Source: Gammaproteobacteria bacterium
GTDB lineage: Bacteria > Pseudomonadota > Gammaproteobacteria > Eutrophobiales > Eutrophobiaceae
Assembly (NCBI GenBank): GCA_965222155.1
Contig: CBDCTH010000012.1
Span: 416,001 to 480,000, forward strand
Reading direction: 5' to 3'
Length of the DNA stretch: 64,000 nt
Each line of letters begins with the position of its first letter. Position 1 is the first letter of the stretch. This document shows positions 61,005-64,000 of the stretch, piece by piece. The notes beneath the pieces were generated by a model that was not told the origin of the DNA, ran no database searches, and saw only the letters and a program-made list of their open reading frames with translations. A program made the position numbers and the translations under genes.

Positions 61005-61781
61005 ATGCACCCTATGATGAATATAGGAATCCGCGCAGTCCGTTCCGCAGGTGATTTTATCACCCGCTGCATGGACCAATTGCAGGGTATCGCAGTCACG
61101 GAAAAAAGTCGTAATGATTTTGTCAGTGAAGTCGATAGACGCGCGGAACTGATGATTATCGAAGGCCTGCACAATGCTTATCCCGACCACGCCATTCTGG
61201 CCGAGGAAAGCGGTGCGCAAGGGGATGGCGATTACCAGTGGATCATCGACCCGCTCGACGGCACGACGAATTTCCTGCATGGATTTCCCCAGTTTGCAAT
61301 CTCGGTTGCATTAAAGCACAAAGGCATCCTTGAGCAGGGCATTATTTATGACCCGCTACGCCAGGAATTGTTCACTGCGAGCAGGGGCGACGGCGCCCAC
61401 CTGGATGGACGGCGCATCCGTGTTACCCGGCTGAATACGCTTGAAGGCGCACTGATCGGCACCGGGTTTCCGTTTCGATCGCTGGACAAGCTCGATACCT
61501 ATATTGAAGTATTCCGAAAATTGACTGCCGTCACTGCCGGCATAAGACGGCCGGGAGCGGCCTCCCTGGACCTTGCCTACGTCGCCAGTGGTCGTCTGGA
61601 CGGGTTTTGGGAATACGGATTGGAACAATGGGACATTGCCGCCGGGGCCTTGCTGATCCAGGAGGCCGGAGGATATGTCAGTGACATAGACGACGCCAGT
61701 CCCTGGAAGGATACCGGTAACATCGTTGCGGGAAATCCCATCGTCCATGACCTGTTGCTGGATGTAATCCGCGCTGCATAA
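61005..61781 (+). CDS. suhB: Inositol monophosphatase SuhB
   Basis: WIIDPLDGTTNFLHG and WDIAAG motifs; divergent from trmJ. Confidence 0.95.
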   Translation: MHPMMNIGIRAVRSAGDFITRCMDQLQGIAVTEKSRNDFVSEVDRRAELMIIEGLHNAYPDHAILAEESGAQGDGDYQWIIDPLDGTTNFLHGFPQFAISVALKHKGILEQGIIYDPLRQELFTASRGDGAHLDGRRIRVTRLNTLEGALIGTGFPFRSLDKLDTYIEVFRKLTAVTAGIRRPGAASLDLAYVASGRLDGFWEYGLEQWDIAAGALLIQEAGGYVSDIDDASPWKDTGNIVAGNPIVHDLLLDVIRAA

Positions 61782-61887
61782 TATTTGGGGTCAGAGTAAA
61801 AACTCATTGAGTTTTTACTCTGACCCCAAATATACCTATACAGCTATTCTTTGCAGGTGATAAACTGTTCGATGATGTGGTCACCGC

Positions 61888-62112
61888 TCACGATGTTTTG
61901 CCTGCTGCCGACTCTTTGTGTTCATCACAGCAATAATAGCGCGTTGCGTGTTTTATCGCGGAGGTGTGCGGGATGTATAACCGGCAATAATCGCATTGGA
62001 CCATTTTCGCGATGCGGCTTTCGTCTCCCTCTGGTTTTTCCCCAGGAAAAAACCGCTTGAGCAAGGCGAACAGCAAAACCAGTAATGCAATTATAATTAA
62101 CAGGCGTAACAC
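61888..62112 (-). CDS. PP0621-like small protein
   Basis: TM helix, then MVQC..C..YIP..YCC.EH. Confidence 0.7.
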   Translation of the reverse strand: MLRLLIIIALLVLLFALLKRFFPGEKPEGDESRIAKMVQCDYCRLYIPHTSAIKHATRYYCCDEHKESAAGKTS

Positions 62113-62255
62113 TTTTTCTAAAGACGTATAATCCGCGTTCCCGACGATTTTCTTGTAAAACACCGGTGCATAGAGTGAAGTAATATAATATCCGGGTTGC
62201 TATCCGGTATCCATGCTGCATTGTCTGCAAAGCAATGATAATGAGAGTTTAGGAG

Positions 62256-63425
62256 ATGAATCTACACGAATACCAGGCAAAAATTCTTTTTTCAGAATTC
62301 GATATACCCGTACCCAAAGGAAAATCTGCCGGTTCCGTAGCGGACGCCCTCGAAATTGCCGACGAACTGGGCGGTAACCGCTGGGTCGTAAAAGCCCAGG
62401 TTCATGCCGGGGGACGCGGTAAAGCCGGAGGTGTAAGACTGGTAACCGGCAAACAGGAACTGGAAGATTATGTCAACAGTCTGCTGGGTACAATCCTGGT
62501 TACAAAACAATCCGGGGCTGAAGGTAAACCGGTAAATTGCGTGCTGGTTTCAGCTCTGTCGGATATCGAGACCGAGTTGTACCTGGGTATGCTGGTTGAC
62601 AGGAGCCGGCGCCGGATTGCGGTTATGGCCTCCGCCGCCGGAGGAATGGATATAGAAGAAGTCGCCGCGACGGAACCCGAAAAGATATTCACCTTCGCCA
62701 TCGACCCGGTGATGGGACTACAGCATTATCAATGCCGGGCTTTGGGTATTTCGCTGGGACTGGATGGATCGCAAAGCAAACAACTGACAAAAATTTTGTC
62801 GGGCCTGTACCGGCTGTTTGTCGACAAGGATCTCAGCCTGATTGAAATAAATCCCCTCGTCATTACCAAAGAAGGAGATCTGGAAGCCCTGGATGCCAAG
62901 GTTGCCGTGGATGATAATGCCATATATCGTCAGGCGGAACTGGAAAGCTGGCGGGATCCGAGCCAGGAAGATGAGAAAGAGAATAAGGCCAAGGTATTCG
63001 ACCTGAATTACGTCGCGCTGGATGGCGATATCGCCTGCATGGTGAACGGGGCCGGCCTGGCCATGGCAACCATGGATATCATCAAGTTGCATGGCGGCGA
63101 TCCCGCCAATTTTCTGGACGTGGGCGGCGGGGCGACGACGGAACGCGTTACCGAAGCCTTTAAGCTGATCACGTCGGACACGAAAGTAAGGGCGATCCTG
63201 GTCAATATCTTCGGCGGCATAGTTCGCTGCGACCTGATAGCAGAAGGAATTATCGCGGCAGTCAGGGAAGTAGGGCTCGATATTCCGGTTGTGGTCAGGC
63301 TGGAAGGCACCAGGGTTGAAGAAGGTAAGCTGCTGCTCAATGAAAGCGGCCTGAAGATCACGTCGGCCGATGGTCTGAGTGATGCCGCAGATAAGGTTGT
63401 GGCGATGAGTCGGGGAGAGAACTGA
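62256..63425 (+). CDS. sucC: Succinyl-CoA synthetase beta subunit
   Basis: [19 protein letters not shown] and [11 protein letters not shown] motifs. Confidence 0.97.
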   Translation: MNLHEYQAKILFSEFDIPVPKGKSAGSVADALEIADELGGNRWVVKAQVHAGGRGKAGGVRLVTGKQELEDYVNSLLGTILVTKQSGAEGKPVNCVLVSALSDIETELYLGMLVDRSRRRIAVMASAAGGMDIEEVAATEPEKIFTFAIDPVMGLQHYQCRALGISLGLDGSQSKQLTKILSGLYRLFVDKDLSLIEINPLVITKEGDLEALDAKVAVDDNAIYRQAELESWRDPSQEDEKENKAKVFDLNYVALDGDIACMVNGAGLAMATMDIIKLHGGDPANFLDVGGGATTERVTEAFKLITSDTKVRAILVNIFGGIVRCDLIAEGIIAAVREVGLDIPVVVRLEGTRVEEGKLLLNESGLKITSADGLSDAADKVVAMSRGEN

Positions 63426-64000
63426 TGGCTGTCCTGGTGAATAATGATACAAAGGTAATCGTCCAGGGATTTACCGGGCGCCAGGGCACTTTCCATGCAG
63501 AACAGGCGCTCGAATACGGGACGCAAATAGTCGGTGGCGTTACCCCGGGGCGCGGTGGCCAGACTCACCTGGACAGGCCTGTGTTCAATACCGTAAAAGA
63601 GGCGGTCATGGAAACCGCCGCGGACGCAAGTATGATAATGGTCCCGGCGGCGTTTGCGGCGCAGGCAATTACTGAGGCTGCCGAGGCCGGAATCAGGCTC
63701 ATAGTCTGTATCACCGAAGGCATCCCGATTATTGATATGGTCAGGGCCCGCGCCAGCATCGACCTGTATCCTGGAGTAAGGTTGATCGGCCCCAACTGCC
63801 CCGGCATCATTACGCCGGGGGAATGCAAGATAGGCATTATGCCGGGCCATATCCACAAGCCCGGTTGTATCGGTATCGTTTCCCGCTCGGGCACTTTAAC
63901 CTATGAGGCGGTACACCAGACCACACTGGCCGGACTTGGCCAGAGCACCTGTATCGGCGTCGGTGGCGATCCGATACACGGCATGAATTTCATTGATTGC
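63425..64000 (+). CDS. sucD: Succinyl-CoA synthetase alpha subunit (partial)
   Basis: [23 protein letters not shown] and SRSGTLTYE motifs. Confidence 0.95.
   Translation, partial: MAVLVNNDTKVIVQGFTGRQGTFHAEQALEYGTQIVGGVTPGRGGQTHLDRPVFNTVKEAVMETAADASMIMVPAAFAAQAITEAAEAGIRLIVCITEGIPIIDMVRARASIDLYPGVRLIGPNCPGIITPGECKIGIMPGHIHKPGCIGIVSRSGTLTYEAVHQTTLAGLGQSTCIGVGGDPIHGMNFIDC

Overview
Gammaproteobacterial chromosome segment. Housekeeping blocks (gloA-pepA, argH-asmA-mutY-yggX, cysQ-trmB-thiG-thiS-tRNA-Gly-ppdK-prpD-trmJ-suhB-sucCD) flank three accessory regions. (1) At 1-4.2 kb, part of an Ssp-type DNA phosphorothioation locus: SspC-like ATPase, DUF4007/SspB and a divergent cysteine desulfurase. 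(2) At 6.3-10.8 kb, a conjugation-derived trio (TrbM-like, VirD4-like, VirB11-like) with no relaxase or channel genes. (3) At 17.7-52.4 kb, a large accessory region around tRNA-Phe. The most striking signal is in region 3. The 16-bp 3' end of tRNA-Phe (GTCCCTGGCCATACTT) recurs five more times, usually preceded by an AT-rich arm with TGTTGG repeats and an IHF-like box. These cores divide 19.7-40.5 kb into five tandem units with no recognisable integrase, loaded mainly with toxin-antitoxin modules; many have broken toxins and intact antitoxins. The region also holds ISAs1, IS6, IS5, IS110, IS21 and IS3 elements or fragments, RAYT-derived miniature elements, several REP-like palindrome families, a DGR-variable-region-like FGE-sulfatase tail and a TetR-controlled catabolic cluster with a pseudogenised TonB receptor. 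All calls rest on motif recognition by eye; no database search was run.
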